A stretch of DNA of 63,751 bases, filler included, from Octopus bimaculoides (taxonomy: Eukaryota): assembly GCF_001194135.2 (NCBI RefSeq). It is 7 parts of 7 records of this genome, joined end to end, with 100 filler letters (N's around TTAATTAATTAA, not from the genome) between each part and the next. Parts side by side here need not be neighbours in the genome. Positions count along the whole stretch, not along the records: positions 26,767 to 33,068 come from NW_026352550.1; positions 33,169 to 46,220 come from NC_068998.1; 5 more parts are not named here. One strand, 5' to 3'. Made by a program: the position numbers and the translations under genes. Below are positions 28,217-41,400 of this stretch, one piece after another (the first letter of the stretch is position 1; every line of letters begins with the position of its first letter). The notes below the pieces were generated by a model, which had not been told where the DNA came from, made no database searches, and saw only the letters and a program-made list of their open reading frames with translations.

Positions 28217-28699
28217 NNNNNNNNNNNNNNNNNNNNNNNNNNNNNNNNNNNNNNNNNNNNNNNNNNNNNNNNNNNNNNNNNNNNNNNNNNNNNNNNNNNN
28301 NNNNNNNNNNNNNNNNNNNNNNNNNNNNNNNNNNNNNNNNNNNNNNNNNNNNNNNNNNNNNNNNNNNNNNNNNNNNNNNNNNNNNNNNNNNNNNNNNNNN
28401 NNNNNNNNNNNNNNNNNNNNNNNNNNNNNNNNNNNNNNNNNNNNNNNNNNNNNNNNNNNNNNNNNNNNNNNNNNNNNNNNNNNNNNNNNNNNNNNNNNNN
28501 NNNNNNNNNNNNNNNNNNNNNNNNNNNNNNNNNNNNNNNNNNNNNNNNNNNNNNNNNNNNNNNNNNNNNNNNNNNNNNNNNNNNNNNNNNNNNNNNNNNN
28601 NNNNNNNNNNNNNNNNNNNNNNNNNNNNNNNNNNNNNNNNNNNNNNNNNNNNNNNNNNNNNNNNNNNNNNNNNNNNNNNNNNNNNTGTGTGTGTGTGTG

Positions 28700-29625
28700 T
28701 ATTATTCCTTCGTAACACAGTGTACGTAAAAATGCACCGGAGTCTTTAGTCATCTGTGAAGTCACAAAAGGACCTCAGACAGATAATACTTTCCTTAAGA
28801 TGTGCGCTATGCCCAATAAGGCTGATTTATGCAAGACATCAATCTTGCATGGGATTTCCAGTTTCCTTCAGAAGTTTTGAAGTTCGAATGGAATTGAGCC
28901 CACCGCTCCGATCACCACTGGTATCACTTTTACATTATCATCACGCATTCCATAAATTTTGCCATTTCCACTTTCAATTCGGAGCACTTGGTGATTTTTT
29001 TCCACCTCTTTACTCACAACATTCATGTCATTTGGTATGGCCACATCAATGATCTGACAGTATTTGTCTCTCTTATTCAATATGACAATATCCGGTCGAC
29101 GGTGTTCGATTACACGATCCGTCTGAAAGTCATAGTACTAGAGTATCGTTACTTTTCCATCCTCCTGCATAACATTACTTGGTACATGCTCATACCAGTT
29201 CTCTGTTACTTCATATCGGTATTTACGGCATAAGAGCCAATGAAGATACACACACACTTTATTATGGCGGCGCTTGTATTTTTTTGTGCAAGGCTCTCAC
29301 ATCCACTTACCAAGTGGGTCACATTTTTTATACTCTTTCCACAGAGTCTGCATTTCTGGGTGTCAGAAGTTTTATAAATGTTATACTTCACTGAACTGGA
29401 AGTGAGAGCCTGGTCTTGTGCAGCAATGATCAGGCTTTCGGTGGTACGCTTCAAATCACTTCGCTCAAGCTGTATTATCTTTATCGTACTATGTATTCCT
29501 TTCAAACTGTCCATGCATTCTAATTTCAAGAAGGTCTTCTTTTCTCTTCTCCTCAGCTTTTTGGTTAAACTCTTCCTTGCCCATCATTTCATCTGCATTT
29601 ACACCCAGAGTTGTTATTGAGCTCC
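28700..29625 (-). mobile_element. REL-type non-LTR retrotransposon 3' fragment, frameshifted (R4/Dong-like, second family)
   Basis: ESLIIAAQDQAL...CRLCGKSIKNVTHLVSGC; TDRVIEHRRPDIVILNKRDKYCQIIDVAIPND (PD..D REL motif); VIPVVIGAVG; KSALLGIAHILRKVLSV*. Confidence 0.88.
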
Positions 29626-30029
29626 CATCTCTCTCTTCCTCTCTTTATTTGTACATACACGTGCTCATACATGTACATACACACATATATATATACAAAT
29701 TACACGCTTGCATTGTGTTGCCTCCATAACCACAGTGATTATCATTACCACCATCGTTCTACCTATAGCATTTAAAATTATCAATAATAATATGGGTCCC
29801 GGTATATTGCAGCAGATCTTCGTCACTATTTATCAAATATTCGTTAAGCGTTCTCCTTTCACTCCTTATACTAATGGTCTATACTAATCAGTCCTCTGCC
29901 ACTATTCTTTCTTTTCATATACAGTCTGTTTACGTTTGCAGTTAACAGTTAATACTATCTTTTGCGCTCCCTGCATGAATGGTAATCCAGGGGTCATTCT
30001 CAACTAATTTTTAGTTTCTTTACTGGTCA

Positions 30030-30240
30030 TTTCAAGTGTTCCCACAATCACTGGTTTTGTAATCGTCTTGAGAGTAGGATGAAGAGAAGCAGCTTGGTGA
30101 ATAGACCAAATTCTACAGGTCTGTAAATTTATTGGTAGGAGGGCAGAGCATGTCCCCAAAACTACTCTATTGAAGACAGCTAGGATTTTTAGATGGTGCT
30201 TGGGTGTTGAGTATCTTCCACGAGGATTAACATCTCAGTA
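30030..30240 (+). mobile_element. Degenerate REL-LINE 3' end
   Basis: ...VPKTTLLKTARIFRWCL resembles the terminal Q/KxxLLGTARI motif. Confidence 0.35.
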
Positions 30241-30479
30241 TCAAGTCTTATAGCTTGCGGAAAAATACCCCGTGAAACCTCTGACAACAGGTTGCTGTCC
30301 GTTCTCACAGAATCAACCAGAGGAAGTAAGCCCGGGCACTGGCTTTCATGGTTTCTGACCTTAACTGATTGGAAGTGTTATCATGTACATGCTTTGTCTT
30401 GGTGTAAAAGACGGGCTACAGCAATTATTCTGCTCAATGCCAGAGATTTGCTTGTCAGTTCTTTGACCACAACCAGTTA

Positions 30480-30833
30480 GTGGCTGACAATATGCAGAAG
30501 TAGTGGGGGAGCATCATAGCCATGTGTCGAGAGGAATTCTTTGAGGTTTGAATAATTCACCCCTGGAAAAATAGGTGTTTCATACAACATCCTTAAACAA
30601 CCCTTATTTAAGGACCTTTTGAGCGAGATTGGTTACTTGACCTGAAGAAAATTCTAACTGGGTCCCACCTGAAACGTCATGCACTGTTTATCTTGATATG
30701 AGATCCCCATATCGCGCACATATGGTTGTAATGCATGTGCCTGGTAAACCTTTATCAGACATGATGGGAATATTGGGCTTCGTATATTTTACCCCCGTGT
30801 CACTTTGATGGAATGCGCTGCTCTCACTCACTC

Positions 30834-30883
<50 letters not shown>
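30480..30883 (+). mobile_element. TAA-tailed repeat family E
   Basis: Shares gacctgaagaaaattctaac.ggg...gcNctgtttatcttgatatgaga...ctcactc(aat)n with 2792-3172; may extend upstream to about 30240. Confidence 0.7.
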
Positions 30884-30887
<4 letters not shown>

Positions 30888-31707
30888 GTCGAGGGTTGCG
30901 TCAAAGCATAAAAGATCTGTCGTTAGCACCTTTTTCTTCAATACTATCTCTTGACGATCCTCATTTGTTTTGTTTTTGTTTATAATTCTCAACTTGTGCG
31001 TGTGCGTGGGGGGAGTGTACGTGGTGGCGGAAGGGAGGTGGCAAGCTTAGCCATCGCCAGGCAGAATTAAACATCCCGAATGTCGTCGCTAAAAGACAGG
31101 TGGCAATGCAACATTCTGGGTGATGGATTCCATTGACAATCAGAACGATCATGATTTGTGAAAAATAACCTTCCTACATAAGCCTCACTCACACGCTACC
31201 AATACACGGACAGTGGACGAGTGCGTGCGAAGGGGATGCGTGATGCGTGTGATTTTTCGTCATTGTCTTCCCATCCCGGGCAACAAAAACACGAAAAGAC
31301 AAAAAAAAAATCAATGAAAACAAATTATAAAAGATAAAACAAAATAAAACTGATCCAGTTGAATAAGTATTATTGGATGGTTGGGTATTTTCATTCGTGC
31401 TTGCTTTGATAATCTACCCGAGATGGTGGTCGCTTTGAACTTTTTAATAACCTCCATCCAATTACTGTCAGAAAGCCTGTCATTGTTGAATAGCAGACGA
31501 CAGTAGAGCCGGAATATGCTGGCTAATATAAACGGCCAACATCGGTTACCTACCTACATACCTACCTACCTTCCTACCTCTCTTAATTCCTTGCTTGCAT
31601 TACTTCTTTCCTTCTTTCACTTTTCTGTCGTGTTTTTTTTTATCTATCATTTGTTCTCTCTCCCTTTCTTTACAACTCTGTCTATTCTCTCTGTGTATAT
31701 ATATGTA

Positions 31708-31745
<38 letters not shown>

Positions 31746-33431
31746 NNNNNNNNNNNNNNNNNNNNNNNNNNNNNNNNNNNNNNNNNNNNNNNNNNNNNNN
31801 NNNNNNNNNNNNNNNNNNNNNNNNNNNNNNNNNNNNNNNNNNNNNNNNNNNNNNNNNNNNNNNNNNNNNNNNNNNNNNNNNNNNNNNNNNNNNNNNNNNN
31901 NNNNNNNNNNNNNNNNNNNNNNNNNNNNNNNNNNNNNNNNNNNNNNNNNNNNNNNNNNNNNNNNNNNNNNNNNNNNNNNNNNNNNNNNNNNNNNNNNNNN
32001 NNNNNNNNNNNNNNNNNNNNNNNNNNNNNNNNNNNNNNNNNNNNNNNNNNNNNNNNNNNNNNNNNNNNNNNNNNNNNNNNNNNNNNNNNNNNNNNNNNNN
32101 NNNNNNNNNNNNNNNNNNNNNNNNNNNNNNNNNNNNNNNNNNNNNNNNNNNNNNNNNNNNNNNNNNNNNNNNNNNNNNNNNNNNNNNNNNNNNNNNNNNN
32201 NNNNNNNNNNNNNNNNNNNNNNNNNNNNNNNNNNNNNNNNNNNNNNNNNNNNNNNNNNNNNNNNNNNNNNNNNNNNNNNNNNNNNNNNNNNNNNNNNNNN
32301 NNNNNNNNNNNNNNNNNNNNNNNNNNNNNNNNNNNNNNNNNNNNNNNNNNNNNNNNNNNNNNNNNNNNNNNNNNNNNNNNNNNNNNNNNNNNNNNNNNNN
32401 NNNNNNNNNNNNNNNNNNNNNNNNNNNNNNNNNNNNNNNNNNNNNNNNNNNNNNNNNNNNNNNNNNNNNNNNNNNNNNNNNNNNNNNNNNNNNNNNNNNN
32501 NNNNNNNNNNNNNNNNNNNNNNNNNNNNNNNNNNNNNNNNNNNNNNNNNNNNNNTATATATATATATCAATGTATCTATCTCTACCTTTGTATGATATAT
32601 ATACATACACATACATACATATACTCATACACACATACACACACACACAAACACAGACACACACACACACACACACAAACACATTCGCGCGTATTTAGGC
32701 GTGAGTACTGAGCTGCAACTACAACCCCGACATCTGTATCAACAACAGCTTTAGCACAAACAACAACAACAACTACAAAAATACAACACCATCATCACGA
32801 GCTTGCAGCAACAGCAAGAACAACAACAACAACAACAACAACGACGACGACAATGACATCAAAATAACCTGTCACACAATTGTAACTACGAAGCAACAAC
32901 TCGGACAGGAATGGTCGAGAGCTCAACAGCAACAACAAAAAATACTACTACTACTACTACTACTGCTGCTGCTAGAACGTGTAACCCTTAAGTCACGTTC
33001 TACTATAAACGCAGGCCTGAAATTTTAGAGGAGAGGTATTGTCAATTAAATTGACTCCAATGCGCAACNNNNNNNNNNNNNNNNNNNNNNNNNNNNNNNN
33101 NNNNNNNNNNNNTTAATTAATTAANNNNNNNNNNNNNNNNNNNNNNNNNNNNNNNNNNNNNNNNNNNNACTTTACCCCCTGCCAAGATGGGTCGGTCGGT
33201 ACACTCCTATCCTGCCGTTTTTGAAATTTCGCTGACCGGAAAGGGGCAGCTACGCTAAAAATAGCTGTGGTTGCCGACAAGACAAAGGAAATACCATTCT
33301 CCCCAACTGACCAGAGTACGGGTTCAAAACCCAGCCCGGGAAATAGGGATATAATGCTATTTGTATTTTCGGTCGTCGCATCAAAATATATATATATATA
33401 TATATATATATCATCATCATCATCATCATCA

Positions 33432-33610
33432 TCGTTTAATGTCCACTTTCCCTGCTAGCATGGGTTGGACGATTTGACTGAGGATTGGCAAACCAGATGG
33501 CTGCACCAAGCTCCAATCTGATATGGCAGAGTTTCTACAGATGGATGCCCTTCCTAACACCAACCACTCCGAGAGTGTAGTGGGTGCTTTTACGTGCCAC
33601 TGGCACGAGG
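33432..33610 (-). mobile_element. SINE family C
   Basis: (CAT)n then tttaatgtccactttccctgctagcatgggttggacg...ggatgcccttcctaacaccaaccactc. Confidence 0.85.
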
Positions 33611-33611
33611 G

Positions 33612-33980
33612 CACAGGAGTGGCTGTGTGGTAAGTAGCTTGCTTACCAACCACTTGATCTCGGGTTCAGTCCCACTGCATGGTACCTTGGGCAAGTGTCT
33701 TCTACTACAGCCTCGGGCCGACCAAAGCCTCATGAGTGGATTTAGTAGATGGAAACTGAAAGAACCCCGTCATATATGTGTGTGTGTCTATGTTTGTCCC
33801 CCCCACCATCGCTGGACAACTGATGTTGGTATGTTTACGTCCCCGTAACCTAGCAGTTTGGCAAAAGAGACTGATAGAATAAGTACTAGGCTTACAAAGA
33901 ATAAGTCGTAGAGTTGATTTGTTCGACTAAAGGTGGTGCTCCAGCATGGTCACAGTCAAATGACTGAAACAAACAAAAGA
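33612..33980 (+). mobile_element. SINE family B, full length
   Basis: Consensus head and 3' half, directly abutting a family C copy. Confidence 0.88.
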
Positions 33981-34849
33981 ATATGTATATGGATGATAGT
34001 GTTGTTGATGATGTTGGTGGTAGTAGTGGTGGAGGTGGTAAATGTAAGATTACACAATTTAATTAGATGTGCCCTAACATACCAAAGTGTTTATTTACTC
34101 TTTGTTCACTGGTGTTTGTTCTTTTTTTCTACTTTTTTTTTTTTTTGTCAGTTATGCCACTGCCGGAGAGCCAAAGAGGAAAAACTGAACCAAATCATAC
34201 TGGCAAGTGGATTCTACCCTCACATGTGATCTAGTCAAGTGGTCTTCAAAGAAAGCGAAATTATTACTACTCTGAATATCTTTAAAAAAGAATATATCAC
34301 AGTTACTCATAGCATTGTACCATATACAGGGTAAATATATTTGCCCTCAGTGACCTTTGTATAGCCACTACATAAAGGACTTCACAACACTTAACTCACA
34401 GAAATCTGTTTCTCATCTTGTACAAAAACTATTGGAAAATTATTATTTTATTTCATTATAAAGAGGTTACTTTCTACCCTCTCTCTTTCCTCCTTTTTTT
34501 TCTCTTGTTTTTTTCCAAACTTTCCGGAACTAATTTTTCTACTGGCCTTCTAATTTATCTCCATAGTTCCACAATTGATATCAGTATGATATGTAAAAAT
34601 GAATAAAATAAATACTCCAAACAGTATTAACCCTCTTGTTGTTTATCTGTTTTTTTTTGTTTTATGTTGCCATTTTAGATATTTAAAGCAAACTACATCT
34701 GAAAAAAAAACTTCATTCACCATCATACTGCCCCACGCTACAATGAAAACTTTCCCAAAATATTAGTTCATTTCATCATCAACGTTTTTCTCTATTAGGA
34801 TGGTTGAGTATCTTTAATGATGATACTAATTATAATAACGATGATTTCA

Positions 34850-34985
34850 AATTTTGGCACAAGGCCAGGAAGTTCAGGGTAGAGGGTAAATTGATTACAT
34901 TGGCTCCAGTGTTCATTTGATACTTATTTTATTAATCTCAAAAAGTGAATGGCAAAGTGGACCTCGGCGGAATTTGAACTAATAA
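34850..34985 (-). mobile_element. SINE family A, degenerate
   Basis: caaattttggcacaaggcc...ggcaaagtggacctcggcggaatttgaact. Confidence 0.65.
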
Positions 34986-36205
34986 TAATAATAATAATCT
35001 CCTGTATCGTTCCAATTTTAGTATATGTACTACCAAAGCTAGTACAATAATAATAATAATAATAATAAATAATCATGGCAACTGTTTACTTTTCTTTATT
35101 AGCTTCAAGAGCTTGAAGAGATACAATAAAATGCAATGTATGTTAAATGGGATGGTGGATATACAAAGACATTTAGGGTGGGACAAAAAAGTATACAAAG
35201 ATGAAGGGAATGATGAAAGGCATTATGTAACTGAAGTGGTAAAAAGTTTTAAAATTTATAAAACAAATAACTGCATACAAATAAATTGAAAGTATAAAAA
35301 ACAATTATTAAAAAACAAGAATAAAGCATAAAACACTCCATGTATTCACAAGGTTGGGTTAGAGCACACACACCCCATTTCCCTACCAGCTGACCATTGC
35401 TCATATTGCTGTCTCATGCGCTCAAAGGGACCACTAACATTCTTGGAGTGGCTAACACTCCAAGTCTTAAGGAGATACATTTTTCATTTCATTGTGCTAT
35501 CTTTGTATTGCTTTACAAGCATATTCTTTTCATGTCCAACCCATGCTAGCATGGAAAGCAGACGTTAAACGACGATGATGATGATAATGATGTCTTTTAT
35601 ATTTCCAATCCATCTATATCAGTGTCATTCGGACATCACTGTTATAATCCCTTGCACCACAGATATGTGATTCTGTCTAATTGATGTTGGTTTGGTCTTT
35701 GAATGATGGTGGATCTCAGTTTATCATCCACCTCATCATTGTGTTTGTCATTACTCTGAAGAAAGGCATCATCGTCATCATTTAACATCCATTTTCCATG
35801 CTAGCATTGCATGGATGCTGCACCAGGCTCCCATTGTTTGTTTTGGCATGGTTTCTAAAGCTGGCAATTGAAGCCTGGTGTAGATTACTCCCCTTCAACC
35901 AATTTTTTTGTCTTGTTTTCTGTTGGTATTTTTTTAACCCTCTTTTTTAGAGACTTCTTTTTTTTTCCCGTTTGTATTTCTTTCAGCGATTTGGGAACTT
36001 TTCTCCACAGCCAACATATCATCATCATCATCATCATTACAAGACAGTTGAGTGATGCTGCTGTTGGTAAGTGATGTGGAGACTGAGGTTTGCTGTTGCT
36101 GTGGACACTGTCAATATTAAACATGGCTGGAGGAAAGATTCCTCAGCTTTTGGCATTGAGGCTAAAGCAGCTTCTCCAACAATTCCAAGATTTCAACCTG
36201 TGGTG

Positions 36206-36279
36206 CTGTTGGAATGACAATCTCTGGATCTGTTGGAATGACAATCTCTAGATCTGTTGGAATGACAGTCTTTAGATCT
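36206..36279. repeat. 24-bp tandem repeat x3
   Basis: ctgttggaatgacaatctctRgat. Confidence 0.85.
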
Positions 36280-36805
36280 TGCTGTTGTTAACATCCTTTT
36301 TGTTTCTTGAATTCTACAGACCAGAAAGCATTCATCTGAATCTTGCAGACCCAAGTAAAACAGTTAAGCCTTCTGCACTGCATTGTTAGTCCCACCATCC
36401 AAGAATCACCTTGTTGAAAGGATGCCTTTCAATAACTCTAGTTTCCACAGCAGTGCCTTGAGGGTCAATAAGAAGGAATGAGGAAGGACACCTTTGAGGG
36501 ATCATGCATATGTTTTGAAACAGCTCTAACAGCTCCGCAAAATCCCAAATTTTATTTAATTTGCTTTGCGGGAGCAACTGTTTTATCAAAATCGTATACT
36601 GTTAAATGCTCAAAATACGAGACTAGAAAAACAGCCAACAACTTCATGTTTGTTTTGTTTTCCATTTGTGTCTTTCATTGTTCGAAAGAATACTTCATGT
36701 TCCATGTTCTTGTGCTTCATACTTTTTTATTGTACACGTTTTATGACGTCCTGTGCCCATATATGCATATATATATAGATGTAAGTATGTACATATATGT
36801 GTATA

Positions 36806-36853
<48 letters not shown>

Positions 36854-37479
36854 AGTGTGTGTGTGCATATCATCATTGTTTAACATTTGCCTTCCATGCT
36901 GGCATGTGTGTGTGTGTGTGTCTGTGTCTATGTTTGTCCCATCACTGCTTGACAACTGGTATTGGTGTGTTTATATCCCCATAACTTAGTGGTTCAGTAT
37001 AAGAGACTGATAGAATAAGTACTAGGCTTTAAAAAAATAAACCTGGGGTAGATTTGTTCAACTAAAACCCTTAAGCCCTTCAATAGAAAGCATAGTACAG
37101 GCAGAAACTGTGGCAATTTTCTGCCCCACCTCCCCACATGCCATCATGCGGCTGCATCTCTTGTTGAAGTCATAACCTTCATTGATTATTGATGGTTGAA
37201 ACTTCTTGGAGCCACTAACAGTGAACCTGTCCTGGGTTTGCTTCTTCCATGGGTTCCCTCCACTGTTAGAGATCAGCACTTCATGCAGCTGTCCCTGTCC
37301 ATACACCTCACATAACATATCAGTACAGTCATCTGTGTGTGTGTGTGTATACAGGTTTGATGGGTAAATTGTCACCATTTTATATTTTTAACTTCATGCA
37401 TGTGCATTGTTTTTTTTTATTTTGTTGATTACACAGTATAGTAGGGTCAGTTGGGCATTGTCTGTGAGAAAAACAGCTC

Positions 37480-38183
37480 TATGATGCAATTCACTCTGCC
37501 AGAAACTTGGAAATGATGTTCTGTACTGCTTGGCATTCACACCGGAAGCTCCAGTACAAACATTTCAGAGTGTTTGGGTGTCAATCTGAGGACATGTACT
37601 GAGAGAGATAAAAATCAAACATCTAGTCAACATCATGGTGTTTGGAGTGATGACGGCATTATACCACTCTTCATCTTCACACATGGCCTCACACTCAACA
37701 CGGAGGCCTACATCAAGTGCCTGGAGAAGGTAGTGCTGCCCTGGGTCAAGAGGGTGGCTGCTGGAAAACCTCATGTCTGGCAACATGACTTTTGCACCAT
37801 GCTACACAACCAGGAGAACCCAGTCATGGCTGTCAGACAATTTCTGTGACCATATCACCCCTAACTCCCCAGACTCAAACCCTTTTGATTAATATGTGTG
37901 GGGCACAGTTGAGCAAGAGATCAACGAAACTCCTTGTAACACCAAAGATGAACTGAAGACAAGGATTATGGCAGCATTCACCAACTTAAACAAGGAGACC
38001 ATCCAGGAGAGTTGCAGGAAATTCTAAAGTCATCTGGAGACCATGGTTGAAGTCAACAGTGATTTTATTGAATAAATGTACTCTTTAGTATTTCAAGATA
38101 ATTTTATGTAATTATGGCAAATATATCTGTTAAAATGAGATGTCAGAGTTATTTTCATTTCTGCGTAATTTATTCACTGCACC

Positions 38184-38186
<3 letters not shown>
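37480..38186 (+). mobile_element. Internally deleted Tc1/mariner transposon, maT/DD37D-like
   Basis: N-terminus MQFTLPETWK..., then IIPLFIFTHGLTLNTEAYIKCLEKVVLPWVKRVAAGKPHVWQ.D ... NSPDSNPFD*YVWG ... DFIE*. Ends gtaatttattcactgcaccatg|TA. Confidence 0.8.
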
Positions 38187-38240
<54 letters not shown>

Positions 38241-38519
38241 TACATACATGTGTGTGCATATGATAAACCAAAATTCAGAGAAGTGAGCAATGAAATGTTT
38301 ATTCTATTTGTTGATAGCTGTTTCATAATCTGTATCCAGTTACATCAACAATGCTAAAGCATCTTACACATTTATATAGAAATATATGTATAGGTGTGTG
38401 TATATATATAAAAGCAACAGTAACATCCACCCCTAGGGGTCAGCCACACTTAAGTGGCAATATACTACACTTTATCGTGCAGTTACTGTTAATACTTCGG
38501 TTAGAGAATTAACATTGCT

Positions 38520-38551
<32 letters not shown>

Positions 38552-38989
38552 TAGCTGTGTTGTGATGTAATGAATAAGATTCTTCATCATATTTCACAAT
38601 CATCATCATCGTGATCATTGTTTTCATGTCCACTTTTCCAATGCTTGGAACATATACATACATACATACATATGATGATTGCTTTATCTTCACAGATTTT
38701 AGCTATCCCATCAACACACATATCATACCCCATCACGCAGCTTAGTCATTCCGTTGAAGAGCCCTCGAATGGCTTTTAAGACCAGATGCTAATTGACAGG
38801 GTTTAAAACACAAATGATAGATATTATCCAAATTCCTTCTACATCTTTGCATTTTGGAATCTGATTCTGAAGGAATATTTTTGTGAACCAGCATATGTCT
38901 TTTAAGTCCAGATATTATCTTTCACGTTTTGTGACATATAAAACTAGTTGAGGTGGTCGGGGATCTGATTATTACCTGTCTGGGTCTTT

Positions 38990-39310
38990 CGATTTTCATG
39001 TTATTTCATGTGATTCATATTCACTTCTGAATGTGCCAACAAATCAGCATCATCAGTGTAAAACAATTCTCTGACAAGTGTTTTGAAAGCCTTTGCTTTA
39101 CAGCTAAACTGGGTAAGATTTGACATATATATAAATGTTGCTTGGTCATTTTCAAATTTGGAAGATAAACTATCAGCTATACTACATTTTAATTGGTCAA
39201 TTCTCTTCAAGTCATCAGATATCTCTTTCCTGGATGTGCACCCAGTCCTAACTCAATGTTCTGATTGTTTAACTCTCACCGAGTCATCAATTGCCTCATT
39301 CTTTTATGTT
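38990..39310 (-). mobile_element. Degenerate LINE RT fragment (RTE/CR1-like)
   Basis: KTLVRELFYTDDADLLAHSE corresponds to the RELLYADDAALxAHSE catalytic motif. Confidence 0.7.
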
Positions 39311-40779
39311 TACATACTCACAGATTAGTTTATCTCAAACCCTTCAGTTCTAAATAAAGAGTAATAATGTTCTTGTCTATTGCAGTTTTCCACTGAATGG
39401 AAAAATTAACTTATGAACTGAGAAAATTATCATTATCATTATTATTATTTTATATATATATATATATTTAAACTGCAGATAACTCCAAAGGAAAATTATG
39501 GGCAATAGACTAGCATATTATCAAGGAATGTTTTATTTCATCTACTTAAGGCTGTGAATGTGTATGTGTGTGTTAGGCTATTGTAATTTGTAGAAAGATT
39601 TATTCCTTGAATATTGTACAAATAAATCTTTTACAAAATCATTCTCAATTCTTGGGACAATTAAGTTTATCTTCCAAAAAATTAAATTTAATATTAACCT
39701 ATCTCAAAAATTTAGACATACGATAATTAATGAAGACAAAACAGGATCTGGTGATGATGTTTGTATCTTTGCCCGGAATGTTAATTATCTCAAAAAATAA
39801 ATGAAAATGTTCAAATTCTTTGCTGGCCCAGAAAATTAGCCCCGCACCAAGTGACCTGATACTATCAACCTAAAATTGTTGCAAGTTATCTCCCTTCAAT
39901 CATTCTTCGGAGATATTATTGTGTGGATTCGTTTGATTATGTTTATCCGGTGTCTTCTTAATTTCCTAATTATAATCAATAAACTAATAGCTAACATACA
40001 AACACCTTGTTTATATAGTTTGTGTGAAAGTCGCAGAAATTACACAACAATATGTCAATGATAATGTATTAAACCTAACTGTTTATGAAATCTTACAAAA
40101 AACATTAACACTAACGTTGCTTAAAATTTTAATTGATTTAATTAAAGGAAAATAAGGACATTTACAGAAAAATTAACTCCGGCATTTAAATTTAGAAAAA
40201 TCATTTCGGATTGTTGGAAGAGGGGGGAGAAAGAAAGAGGGAACGAAAGAAAGAAAGAGAATCAATAGAAAACTTTGCATTTAGTTCATCCATCGGTTTT
40301 AAACTTAATATATAAAGCCGCCGTTAGATCCAAATAAAAAGGAAGTATACTCTATCACTGAGATAATTATGTCCAATTATTAATCGTAACAAAGCGATGT
40401 CGACTTAATAGATTTAAAACCATCTGGTTTCGGTAAACGAACTATTTTCACACTGACAAGGACAATTTTAAAATAAAGTGTGGAACTTGTAATAACAAAA
40501 GAAACTCCAGAAGTGAGTAGTATCTGATGGCAAAGATTATTTTGTATTGCAAACACGGATAATAGATACGGACGATTCTCATAAAACAACAGAAGATGAT
40601 GTATAAAGTAGGTAAGCATAGTTTTTAATTCATAATTATAGATTTCCGATTTTAAGACGAGACAAAATATAAATTGGTATAGTTCTGAGAGGAAATGGTT
40701 TTAATAGAAGTTAGCTTTTATGTCGAAGAGCTTAGCGGGTTGCCGTAAGTCATAGCCGCAACTGGGTGGAGGGAAACAT

Positions 40780-41400
40780 TTGAGTTTGTAGTGACAAACA
40801 AGGATAAAGAGGACAGAAAGAGTAAAGTTGTAGATGACAGATGAGAAAGAGTCACTGGGGAAGTGACAACGGAAAGATAGATGTGTGTGTGGAAAGAGAG
40901 AGAGAGAAATGATGAGTGGGGTGGGAAAAATATTAAAGCGATGAGTAAGGAGAGAGATATGTATTAAAGAGCGAAGTGGAGAGTGTGAGAGTGAATCTGA
41001 ATTAAAGAGAGAAAGAGAGAGATGAATGAAGAGAAGCAGTAGGGAGAGAAAGAAACATAAAGAAAGGAGTAGAAAGCTAATAAGAGGTTGGGGAGAGCAT
41101 GATATGGAAAAGAAGAAAATAGAGAGAGAAAGATATGGGAAAGGAAGATGAAGTTTGTACAAGCGAGAAAGAGTGAGAGAGAGAGAATGACAAAAATATG
41201 GTAGAAAAGAGGAAGGTGCATATAGAGAGAGAAAGGTGTAGATAGAGTAATAAATAGAGAAGGGAGAGTGGTATAGATAAAGTAATAAATAGATAGGGGA
41301 GAGAGGTGTAGATAGAGTAATAAATAGAGAAAAGGAGATGCATTGAGAAATACAAGTGGAGAGTCAGGAGAAAGAAACATGTAGAAACAAGAAAGACTAA
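40780..41400 (+). repeat. About 600-bp purine-rich tract containing a ~33-bp unit x3
   Basis: ggtgtagatagagtaataaatagaga repeated at about 41235-41330 within AG-rich sequence. Confidence 0.7.

Noticed and set aside
30636-30680. CUGAAGA...GAAACGUC hammerhead-like string in family E
   Set aside because: No stem II or stem I pairing, and the other copy (about 2863-2900) reads ctgcaaggtc instead of GAAAC.
40380-40619. Minus-strand 79-aa ORF as DNAJC28 exon 1
   Set aside because: No J-domain motifs and no suitable splice donor.
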